DNA of 39,764 bases from Rotaria socialis. Taxonomy: Eukaryota. Positions 1-11,600 of the stretch are shown in pieces. The stretch lies in NCBI GenBank assembly GCA_905331295.1, contig CAJNYD010000007.1, positions 1-39,764 on the forward strand. Reading direction: 5' to 3'. The notes under the pieces are model-generated. The model was not told where the DNA came from. It searched no databases and worked only from the letters and a program-made list of their open reading frames with translations. Positions within the stretch are counted from its first letter, which is position 1. Every line of letters starts with the position of its first letter. Made by a program: the position numbers and the translations under genes.

Positions 1-327
1 AAATCAGCTGCCATTGTCATCATTTGGTATTCTCTCGAAACGCATCGATTTTTCAATTCAGGTAATTGTTTTCAGATGTTTCATCGTGAAGAGCATCATG
101 AATTAACAATAAGGTATAGTCATCAATTCTTTCAATGGTACCTATAGAAAAAAGCTGAATGCATCCATTAAAATTTTAAGTGTTTTCGAGCTGTCTGAAT
201 AAAGAATAAAGAATATTTTTTTGAAACGAAAGGGTGGTGGATGTTGTTTACACATACTCTGTTCTTTGTTACTTAATATTTCACATTTTCATTGATCAAC
301 ACAAAAGCACATACTCTCTGCAACAAA
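1..327 (+). repeat. Upstream/promoter segment of paralog 1; near-identical direct repeat of 5308-5634 (probably extends beyond the window start)
   Basis: Ungapped match at offset 5307 with about 10 substitutions in 327 nt by manual count. Confidence 0.95.
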
Positions 328-522
328 AAACCTTTATTAGATACTTTGAATAATATACATATTGCACATTTATAGCTACTGATTGCAATATCAATAAGTG
401 CACACATATTATATGCAATAGTCTTCATTAGTTTCTGTACAGTTTTCACGGACTTGCGCTCCGTCATTCACACAGACACTGACTCTTAGACTTCGATTCT
501 TCTATCCAGTGGAATCAACAGC

Positions 523-3500
523 ATGGCAACGAAAACTGAGTAAGAAATAGAAATTGAATTGAATAAAGTAGTGTGTTTGTTTTTGAAAAGGACGAAAGAT
601 CAAATTATTACTTGGGAAATCATATTCAAACTCTTTTTTATTGGTTTCTTAAGTGCAGGCTTCACTGCAGCAGTAGCCGTTCCGGTGACTATAAAAATCG
701 TCCATTCTTCATGTAAGTGCATAAGCCTTTTCTTTGTATCTCTATGAATACTCATGTGCTCAGATTTTTTCTGAAGACACATTTTTTTCTTCTTACTGAA
801 AAGCACATGTTGCGTTATTGCAAATAACGTCGAATATTTGCGAAAAATGTGTTTAACAAATAATGTAATGGAAATAAAATTTTTTGACTAGAATGAAAGA
901 ACACATACATATGATGTGTCTCATATGATGATAAATATTTCATGTTTCTCGAAAGAGAATAATCTTGTAATGAAAAGTTTATGTTAAGGTTTTATTTCTG
1001 TTGGACCATTTGTTGACACATAATCTTAAGAAAGTCAATGTTACTTATCATAGAACTATTATTGATATATAACTAAGTTTTATATTCTTGAAACACCCAT
1101 TATAATCTTAATCTTCGTTCTAGTCTAACAACAACGAGAATGAGATTATTCTTCCGTCCCTATAAATCGATTGAGGCATTGAGAGAAATACACTAAAATA
1201 AAAGACTAATTGGATAGAATTAGCAACAGATTTTCGGACATAGTAAGAGTGCACATCACTGGTTGCATTTTTCATTTTGCATAAGAACGAAGATTGAAGC
1301 ATACACAATTGATGCGATAAAAAAGAAACAAAGACCATATGAAATTATAAAGCAAGATTTAATTACAGAATTTTGTCTTTTTTTCTACATGATTTTTGTT
1401 TTCAACGAAAATTATAGCAACGACAATTACAAGCACAACAACACTTAGTACAGTAACAACAGTGACCACATCAACCTCAACGAGTGTGACAACGACAACG
1501 ACAAGTAAATATTTATTATGACATCTAAATATGTAGAATGTATACATTTCTATATGTTTCTCATGAACTAATTACATTTGTGACATACATTGTTGCTTTG
1601 GAAGAGTAGGCATCATTCCATGTGATTATTCAACTGAAGATTCAACTAGCCGGAATGAAGCTATCATGTCCATGAAAATTTCCTATTGAGAGTTCCCCGA
1701 TAAATCAAGGAAATAATGCTTTTTTACCTACTCAAGCGATTAGAATCGAGAGTTCAAGTTTTAAAAAAAACTTTTTATAGGAGTTTTAATGTTGACTCTA
1801 TTGAATATATGCAAACGAGTGGGTTAGAAAGAAACATTAGCTGTGGCGGCAAGCCCTCGAATGTTTGAACTAGATTGAGCTATTCTTAAACTGAACGATC
1901 AAATTCAATCAATTTATTATGGATTTAAGTTTGTAAAACATATTTCCTGGAGGACTAGAATTTCTCTGCATCTAAATTGATCGTCTTTGTTACGATTTAA
2001 CATTTTAGAAAATACAAACAAAAAAGTAAATAGTCAAGATAAAAAAAACCTTTGTTTCTAAGATGGCTAGAGATATTGTTTACAATTTTGCCTTTTTGAA
2101 TATTTTTATCTTTTTGATTAAAACTTTTCTAGAAATTTATAAAAGTCGTTATAAGTAAATTTTATCAATTTTAATTCTTGAGGTTGTTCTGTTTTTTTTG
2201 CTTGCGTACTCGATATTCAATAGGTATCGAAGGCTCGAAAATAACTGGTAGCAGAACGATAATAACAACTTTCACATTTTCAAGCAGTTACTCGCCCAGT
2301 CATATATGTTTTGTTGTTTGAATATAATATCGGGTAGATGAACGAACAATTCATATCCTGTTGCAGAAAACCAAACTGTATGTTTCATGAGTTATGCGGA
2401 TCATAGTTCAAAATCAATTGAATTTACAATAAAAAACATCCAAGGAGTTATTATCAACTGTTGAATTCAACTAGAAGAACTTACTTTCATTTATTGTTTA
2501 AGTTTCGCAGTTTGCATGGTATGACTTTAAATTACGATAGTTGGATCTAGCAAGGGAACGTTCCCAAGTGATTAAAAGCTTTTGAGCTCATCAGTTGCCC
2601 ATTAGGGAGGGGACCAATAGGTTAGAGAAACCTTCAAAGGATTCGTACCCAGATTGAAATTTGACAGAGATATCGAATTTTGACCTGAAATCTTACCCAA
2701 ATGAAGGCCTGGATTAGAGTAGCTTATATAGAAAATTTCAGAATCTTTGGGCATTGCATCTCCATGGTATCAATTTTTGAACATATAGCCACGTTTCTAG
2801 AGATGATATGGATACTTTGAAAGATTGATATCTTGAAGATGCAATGTTCAAAGATTCTAAAACATTCTATATAAGCTACTCTAATCGCGGCTTTCATTTG
2901 GACAACATTTAAGATCAAAATTTGAAAATATGAGTTTGCTGTCGAACTAGGGTCCAGCAGGAAAAATCCACTAAAAATTCGAAATCTCTGTCAAATTTCA
3001 GTATGGGCACGAATCCTTTGGAGGTTTCTCTAATCTAGTGGTCTCCTACCTAATGGGCAACATATGAGCTCAATAGCTTTTAATCACTTGGGAACGTTCC
3101 CTCGTAAGTATTTACTGTATAGGAATTAATTATTTTCTAGTAAACAGATTCATATTGAAGATGTACCTAATATAGCATGACAGTAGTTAATGCAAGGGGG
3201 AAACAACGCACTCTTGTAATCTTGCATTCCATAGAGTACAGTTGGAGTCCACTGAGTACAATGGAATGCATCGAATGCGATACAAAATCAAGAAAAAAAA
3301 AGATTTACTTAAGCATCTTTGGTACTCCTTGGACTTCCACTATACTCTGTGGACTTCCTTTACTTGCTGGACGTCGTGTACTTCGCTGGACTCTGGAAGT
3401 ACAGTGTGAGTCCTGAGAGTACAAAAGAATCTCGTTTATATTTGTAATCTGTGGACTCCCAAAATCCATGAAGTCCATGGAGTCCAATCGGAGTACATGG

Positions 3501-3945
3501 GCTCCAGGGAGTATGGAGTACGCCGTTTCCCCCTTGGGTTAATGTCTATTGGGAAAATAATGCCCTAACTGATAAACTACTGACTTCAATATTTTTCATT
3601 CCAGTAACAACGACGACAACAACGACTACTTCAGCAATATGCACGTATCCATGCAGATGTACAGGAATTTCTTCCTATACTCTGTGGCAAATATTGACCA
3701 ATGATACAATTTCTATGACTGTTGATACTTCCAGCTGTAATTTTTATCAAACTCCGACTTACTTCACCAGTTTATTTGGAACGAGTAGTCACTGGACAAT
3801 GATAGGTTATAATGCTATTTATTCACCGGCAAATAGTTCGTTTACGGTGCACCTGAGATATATCGGCAGCCTTAGTTCATCAACACTGTTGACTTACGCT
3901 TCCAACTACTTATGGAATGTGCATTGGTTTGGCACATATAGCTAA
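523..3945 (+). CDS. Paralog 1: type II membrane protein with Thr-rich stalk and C-terminal 101-aa putative lectin-like domain. Exons 523-539, 591-712, 1418-1504, 3605-3945 (188 aa); 5' end decayed, possibly truncated or a pseudogene
   Basis: Manual splicing at GT..AG gives one open frame: MATKTETKDQIITWEIIFKLFFIGFLSAGFTAAVAVPVTIKIVHSS, then a T-rich stalk, then CTYPCRCTGISSYTLWQ...WNVHWFGTYS*. Intron phases (2,1,1) match paralogs 2 and 3. Confidence 0.75.
2551..3104. mobile_element. Non-autonomous foldback/MITE, almost fully palindromic, with mariner-like termini, in intron 3 of paralog 1
   Basis: Ends are AGGGAACGTTCCCAAGTGATTAAAAGCT and AGCTTTTAATCACTTGGGAACGTTCCCT. The arms pair imperfectly over ~220 nt (2551-2770 with 2822-3104; ~50-nt insert in the right arm). 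The right end reads CCCTCG|TA. Confidence 0.85.
3193..3536. mobile_element. hAT-like MITE (344 bp)
   Basis: Perfect 12-bp TIR CAAGGGGGAAAC/GTTTCCCCCTTG. Flanks AGTTAATG (3185-3192) and GGTTAATG (3537-3544) form an 8-bp TSD with one mismatch. Many internal GGACT/GGAGT/GAGTAC motifs. Confidence 0.8.
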
Positions 3946-5307
3946 ATGGAAACTCATATATATCGGACTCCGATGCGTGGCGCGATATCGTGAGCATTCC
4001 TCATGCAAAACTGTACTCTATTTTTCAGAAAAATACTTTTAACCGAGTGTAGCATGAATAAATGAATGCGAACATTGAATTCTTCCATTCAGTTTTTTTG
4101 TAACATACATCAAATGTGATTACATGAATAATAGTTCTGAACATTCTTTGCACATAGGCCATCAAGTGTGTAGATGGAGCTGCACAAAATAGAATAAATA
4201 TTAAAATTTTACAGAGGTCAAAACTGTACATGTCTTAAAAGACATGAGGAATATTGTTAAATTCACAATCAAGGTGCTAATCACACCACGTGATTATTAA
4301 TATTTACCTGCGCTTCAAGAAAATTCGTTTTCCTACAGAATAGAACTCTTTCAAGAACCGTTTCGAAAATTCCCAGAGGTTTCCAAAACCATCTGCCACT
4401 TTTCTGAATCTTCGTAAGCTAATGAACTTCCGTAAACATAGTTGCAAAAAACCCAGACTATTGATAAGCACCAAAAGAAACTGATCTGAAAAATTTAGAC
4501 CGCATCAAACCGAAAGAGTGGGTTTACCAGTAACTCGTGACACATTTTTAATTCACAATTGAATGCAGTGGTATACATTAGAAGAACATAGCATTTTTGA
4601 CAACTAAAAAATGATTCAGATCCAGAACAATTAGACAGGTCAATCTAAAATTCCAACTCATAGAGGAGCAGATCGGCCGACTACTGAACTGCACCAGCAA
4701 TTCAGTATAGATTACAGGTACTGTAAATACAATTCTTCTTAGTTGAGCAGTTTGAATAGATTTCATCTAATTACGCGCTGCTTTCAACAGTTCAACTAAT
4801 CAGAACTTTTCCGATCTGTCAGATTTCTATTCATCGCTTCACCTTACTTGGAAAGTTAACAAATGTTCTCAGTATAGTGGTTAACACAGTGAAGGACAAT
4901 ATTTCTGTCGTTTAGGATACTACACAATGTTTTTTTAAGTTAATTATAAAAATACTTAGGATATACATATATTCAAAGTCAAAACAACACGATGTCAGGT
5001 CTAATACTTTTTATTCACTAAGGTTCCAACTATTGTGAAAATGTGTCTTTTTTTTCATAATGGGTAACGTTGATGGATAATCAGCGACATCAGAATTATT
5101 CAATCTTAGCACTCATTCTGATTAAGAAACTCTAAGTACAAATAACTGTTCTTGGTTAACTATGACGGAGAATGATGAACGAACAATAACGGTTTACATT
5201 ATTTATTTACAATAGACCGTAAAAAAAGCGTTTTCCATCATTGTTAACTGGATATGAGCGTCGATTGTCTTTAAGATAAAGTGAAAATTCTTTATATTAT
5301 TTAATGA

Positions 5308-5634
5308 AAATCAGCTGCCATTGTCATCATTTGATATTCTCTCGAAACACATCGATTTTTCAATTCAGGTAATTGTTTTCAGATGTTTCATCGTGAAGAG
5401 CATCATAAATTAACAATAAGGTATAGCCACTAATTCTTTCAATGGTACCTATAGAAAAAAGCTGAATGCATCCATTAAAATTTTAAGTGTTTTCGAGCTG
5501 TCTGAATAAAGAATAAAGAATATTTTTTTGAAACGAAAGGGTGGCGGATGTTGTTTGCACATACTCTGTTCTTTGTTACTTAATATTTCATATTTTCATT
5601 GATCAACACAAAAGCACATACTGTCTGCAACAAA
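5308..5634 (+). promoter_or_regulatory. Putative promoter/5' region of paralog 2, shared with paralog 1 (1-327) and in diverged form with paralog 3
   Basis: Ends 16 nt before ATG 5651. Blocks such as CAATGGT, ATCCATTAAAATTTTA, ATTGATCAA-ACAAAAG and CTGCAAC recur upstream of all three genes. Confidence 0.7.
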
Positions 5635-5650
5635 CATTACTTGCTTGAAA

Positions 5651-8600
5651 ATGCCCACTAGTACTGCGTACAGAACAGTATATATACCTCGCAATACACG
5701 TACAGAACGATTGGTAAAGTATAATTGAACTTTCTCTGCCACCAAAAATATTCTTTTGCAAAGATTGAACGGCCGCTGTATCCATCATATGAACAATTAT
5801 TAGCGACACAGTGGAGTAATGCTCCGCCGTACACAGTAAGCAGCACTGCAACCCAATTAAGGTGAGATACACAAAATTATTTTCATAATTTACACCCTTT
5901 CGTTTTTTTAGCAGAAACGCTGAGAACACTTCTGTCGTCATCACACCACTCAGAGGCTTGATTATGGTATTGCTGGGTGTAGGTGCTGCTTTGGCGATTA
6001 CCATCCCAGTCACTGTTTCTCTTTACGAGAGTTCGTGTAAGTTCATAACTACTTTTCGCAGTGTTGAGTGGGTCGAAATGTTTTACAAAACTGCAATTTT
6101 GTTCACGAAACTTTAAGGCCCCTGAAAAAACTATTTCAGCTCAGGAACGTCCGAATTAGATGAAACTTTCAGGTTTCAGGGAGATATGAACCAAAAAAGG
6201 GTCAAAAATTACTCATTTGGGATCCTAAATTTCTCGGTCCTGGTTCTATCAATAGATAATTGTTTTTTGTTGGAAAGAGCATCTGAAGATGCGGATCACA
6301 CGGAAGCTCTTTTTTGAAATAGCCTTTTTTTAATCCAGTCAAACGTGAAACGTATAACATACCGTTTAAATGGCTACTCATGTTTCAAAGAGTTTACTAC
6401 GTTAGTTGATCGTTTAAACGTTTTTCAAAATCAGTATGCACTATTTAAAAAGTAATAATAAATTTTTAAAACATTTATTTTTCGATAAAATACTCCTATA
6501 AACATGTGAAAAATACCAGAGCACAGACGGAAGAAAATTGAATCTTCTCGGACTTTCATTTTCCCTTATTGACTGATGATTTATTTTTAAAAACTATTCA
6601 TTCTCTATATTTCTATTTCTATTATATAAAGACAAATTGAATCAAGATATGTTTCACATATTAATGAATGGCTCAAAGTGGCTGTGTTTGTTCGAAAATT
6701 ACGATAATGAAAGAAAACCGAAGTTGTAATTTTGAATTTTAACTTTAAACTTTTACTTTAAAATGCTAATCTTTCAATTAAATTCCAAGATCGAACTAAC
6801 TGATAAGCCATGTATAGTAGTACTCCCAAACATGACATTGTTGCATCGAAAACTTAGATCACTAATGAACAGTACATCACTGTTTGAATTAATTAGTAGT
6901 GCAGCTATTCATACTGTTTGATCTCCACATCAGATAAAAGCTTCAGAAAATAACTCATAAAACAAGGACACAAAGTGATTTCAATTGATATCACTATTGT
7001 ATCCGTTGTTTGATTTCAAACTTGTCGATAGAAACAACATGCGCGCTAAGTTCATCAGTTTGGTTTGGTGAATAATACTAGGTTCTATTTATTTCACAAA
7101 GGTATGTAGAATTTACATAAACAATAAATATATTTATTGTCTCCAAGCAACTATTCTTAGTCATGGAAGAGAAGAGAAGAGAAGAGAAAGTCAGTCCGGA
7201 AAGGAAAGGAAGAAAAGAAAGATAGATCGATGACTGAGAGAAAATAAAAGAAATATAAGTAAAAGCAGCACATTCAAACATATAGATGATCCTTATTGAC
7301 GTGTTGTAAAAATATAAATTTAATGAAATTTAAGGTCCACCTAAAAAATTCAACTTTCTTCAGAAAATCGAAAATTGAGTTTTCTACATATGAATATAGC
7401 TCGTCTACCGCTCTTTCAGAAACAGTATAGGTTTTTTCCAAAGACACTTTTTTGACCTGAGGGTGTAGGTATGAGTGTAGGTGTAGGGTGTAGGGCGTGA
7501 TTTCAGAGAAGAAGTACACTCACACCCACACCATCAGGAATTACTAATCAGTAGTTCACAGATTATGATGTTTATGTTTGTGGTTATATTGTAAATTGTT
7601 TCTTGCATTGTGTTTTGAAGGATCCGTGTTATAGGTAGAAAATGATCGAATAATATTGAAAATTCTCGATTAAATAAATAAAACGACCTTCAAATCATCT
7701 ACCATTATTTAATTTGTACTCAGTATTGAAGAAAATCTCATGAAGGGAAATACCTTGATATTTAATATGAATTGATATTATGAATTATTGCAGTAGATCT
7801 CATAATACGCAATTCAATACTAGTTGATGAAGAGTATTATTTCAGTGATACTCTGCAATTCGATCGTACATATTGCGAATACGAAACGTGCTGAATACGC
7901 ATAGGGTGTGAGTAAAATCGACAAAGTAGAATGTGATATTCAGTCATACAGCTTGTTAAATCATCAATAAGTAACAGTTCATTAGATTTTAAGATGTGTC
8001 ACACAAAACAATTTTCAGTATTGAGAAAATTATCTAAACATGATTCCTCTAAATCTGCAATATCATCTAATATAGAAAGACAATTTGCAAAACACAGATT
8101 TAATAATTAACCAAAGAAGAAGCAATATAAATACCGAGCAAATACAAAATATTCTCTTTATAAAACCGCCCACGAAAAAACAATCACTGAAATATGCATT
8201 TCAACGCGTTGTTTATTTTGTTCACATGTTTTCGCTAGACTTAAAACGCACTTTTCCCAACGCGTTCAAATGCTTTATTTTCAGTGGATAACGCAAAAAT
8301 GAGATAACCCTAGCTTTATGAAAAGCGCGTTTTTCCCGAACCGAAAAGAGATTTCTTTGAATGCAATTTTATTATTGAATATATTTATTCATTATGATGT
8401 CGAACAGATTCGCACTATGGACTTCGAATTTCACTTACCTGATGCTATTGAGTCAAATTTACTGTTACCAATATAGAGATGGAATGTCTCTACATATTGA
8501 ATTGAAGGACACATTTTGAATTAATTCAATTTAAATTCAAAGTAAATTTAAATTGCGAGAATTAACATTAAAAATATTTTAAAATAGTTCCACAAAAAAA

Positions 8601-11600
8601 AACATTTAAAATTATTTAAAAAAATTATTTTTGAAGCCATTTTTTCGGGCCTAATAGTTGTTTTAGAATATAAATGGCTCAATCCTAGTATTTTCAGAAT
8701 ATTAATTGTGACGTTTTCAGCGATTTTTGATTTCAGTTGTTTCAATATTCTAATTTTCGATATAGTAGACAATTAGCGACCCATTTAGTGACATTTTCAT
8801 TTGATGTAATACTGAAGAAAAATTCTAAATAGCAATTAAGTATAAATATTTCAGTTATCAGGAGGGACACAAAGAGCACTAAGCTTTTATGTAAACATTG
8901 TATTGTTAAAAATATAGATTAAAATATGTATTCTGAGTGTCTACAAGAGAAAGCTTTTTTTTAAGAAAAAGAACTCATGGATAAAAAACTCACTGATGAA
9001 CAGAGCAAATTAAAGGATATAAATGCGTAGAAAAAAAACGCGATTGAACGATGTTTTAAAGTTGTATTTTAAGTTGAAAAGGCCCGTTGTAAATAAAAAA
9101 AAGAATGCATTTCAACGTGTTACATACACAAAGCCATGCGTTTAAATGTGTCAGAGAGAGGAAATGATGCGTTAAAACGCTGTTTCATACGATTTATTTT
9201 TTCGTGGGCGTTCAAAAACTATAAAATATTCATTTGGCTATTTTGTATAGTTAGTTTTATAATCTATTAATTTTTGTTCATTTTTATTGTGAAATAGTCT
9301 CGTCTGTTGTGACAAATATTGGCTTTATGATTTAGCTCATTTTGTTGTGGTTGAGAGTTTATATCCATATGGCGTTTTCTTGTGATCTATGCGTTTTGTG
9401 ATTGTGAGTAGAGATGTCATTAGTTACTTGCAGTTAAAATAAATATAAATATATTTGAATTTAACTTACTTATAAATTAACTTAAATGTAAATATAAATC
9501 GACACTCCTGCTCGTGAGATGTTTTTGTAGTGATCATCTACTTCTGCAATGATGTCATTTTCTTGATGAAAATTCCCATTGTTCGTTTTGTTCATGTTGA
9601 GTAATATTTTAAAAACGTTCATATTTATATTGACATTTTGTTAAAAGTATGCAAGAGTAACGTGGACACTTAATTTGAAAAAGCTTCAAAACATTTATGA
9701 AATTCTTAGATTTGCTATAATTCAAGTTCATCATGTAGCCTATGCGCTGCTCTACCCTGCCAGGCCAAGGCAGAGCAGGGTGGAAAAAATGGTTTATGAC
9801 GGTCTCTGGATCCAAGTGTTTGAGAAAATTTTCAGTTTGTGAAATTGCTTTTTTAAGAGATCTCCAAATATCTCCTTCAACTATTCACTATTAAATGGCA
9901 TAGCTATCGATTTTTAAAGCCTACGACAAGTTCATGATGAGTAGTGAGCTTATTCCAGTAGTTTGTGGACAACATGTTATCAAACTAAGTATTTATAAAG
10001 ATAAGAGAGATGTCACTGCGAGTGTTACAGAAAGAAATAGTCGAATATCTTGTAAGAGCAAGATCTTCAAATCTTGGGATCGGTAAGTAAGATCTTATCA
10101 AGATCTCGGAAAGATAATTCGTATGCACATATCTCGGTTTTATCAGATAAATCTGCACTTAAGATCTTGGCAAGATTATGGAAAAAATATCGTGTACTTT
10201 ATCTTCTGATAAGATCTTGAGCGAAACAGAAAGCGACATCATTAGTGTATTTACATAGGCTATCTAGTCATTCACCGTTTTTTTAATGCATACACAGCTG
10301 TATATAAACAGCATGATTGAACATACGAAACACAAATTTTCAAAATTATTGTTTTTCTCAACTATTTCTCGATTTTCGAGAGAATGCTGATCTCGATCGA
10401 TGACCGAGAGAGGACTACCCTAATTGGTCCGACGGATATCGGACCAACTTATAGCCAGTCAGATCCCAACATCTGACTTGCTTGAGTTATTCGGGACAGG
10501 AATAATTAAAATTAACATAAATTGAAAAAAATTTAAAGAATGCAACAGGTTTTATTTTAGTTTGCAAACAAGATTTTATGGATTCTTGTGTAAGATCTGT
10601 AATAAGATCTTGAGTACAAGATAATACAGTTCTCTTGAAACTAAATTTTCAAGATCTGTTAACATATCTGTACCTTGTATCTTGTCTAAGATCTTGCTTA
10701 CAAGATGTTTGTCTAGGCCCCACCAGTTTTGAAACAAGAGCAATAATTGGAGATCTTTTGCTTCTATTTAAATATCTTTCTCTTTTATATGGAAATTCTA
10801 GCGACGACAAGCACAGAAACAACGACGGTTAGCACAGTGACAACAGTAACTACAGTAGCTGTAACAACGGTCACGACTACTTCAACGACATGTAAGTATT
10901 CATTGGAATTTCGAGATATTCAAAATATTTATTTTAGTCTGATTCTCTCGAATCGATCACATCTAGACAAAGCTACACAAATACAGATACAACTTGTATC
11001 GCGATTATGAATCCAATGATACCTATGAATTCTGTCTCAATCATGCATTCGTTTTAACCGGCTTGTATCGCCATGTATAGGCTAGTTATATCACTGTAAC
11101 GATTCATATATTAATCCGATACATGGTGATACAAGCCGGTTAAAACTAATACATGATTTAGAAAGAGTTCATAGGTGTCTTTGGATTCATAATTGCGAAC
11201 GTTTTTTCATTTGAAAATAAAATACGCAAGGTGTCCTCTTTTCATAAGTTTTTAACAACCCAATTAATGAATTTTTCTTGCGATTTTATGTTCATCGGTA
11301 AGTCGTAGCTCGATTGGCATCTTGTAGGTATGAAGCTTCAGATCTTCTTTCAATATTCGATGGACGCTTGATTCGGATATGTTTTTATCCTTAGCCAAAC
11401 TTCGCGCTGATACCATCTTTTGACTGAGTTTCTGATTCACTTTTTGAATTGTTTTATTAGCTCGAGCGAAGCGCGGACCAGCTGTTGGTATTGACAACTG
11501 GATAGAACCAGTGTCACGAATCATCTTACATTACCTTTTGATAGTATTTAATCCCAACACCCATTAAAATCACGAAAGGTCTTAGTGGGACCATCACCAT

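Noticed and set aside
3187..3542. piggyBac interpretation (TTAA on both sides) of the 3193-3536 element
   Set aside because: The left end lacks CCC; the perfect CA..TG TIR with an 8-bp duplication fits hAT better.
5603..6013. 136-aa minus-strand ORF and similar antisense ORFs (600-806, 1359-1547, 17976-18188, 24540-24803, 29720-29908, 30661-30918)
   Set aside because: They are shadows of real exons on the opposite strand.
7166..7262. Purine-rich AG tracts (also ~27650-27725 and ~38940-39000) and the ORFs over them
   Set aside because: Low-complexity sequence with no consistent period or convincing protein.
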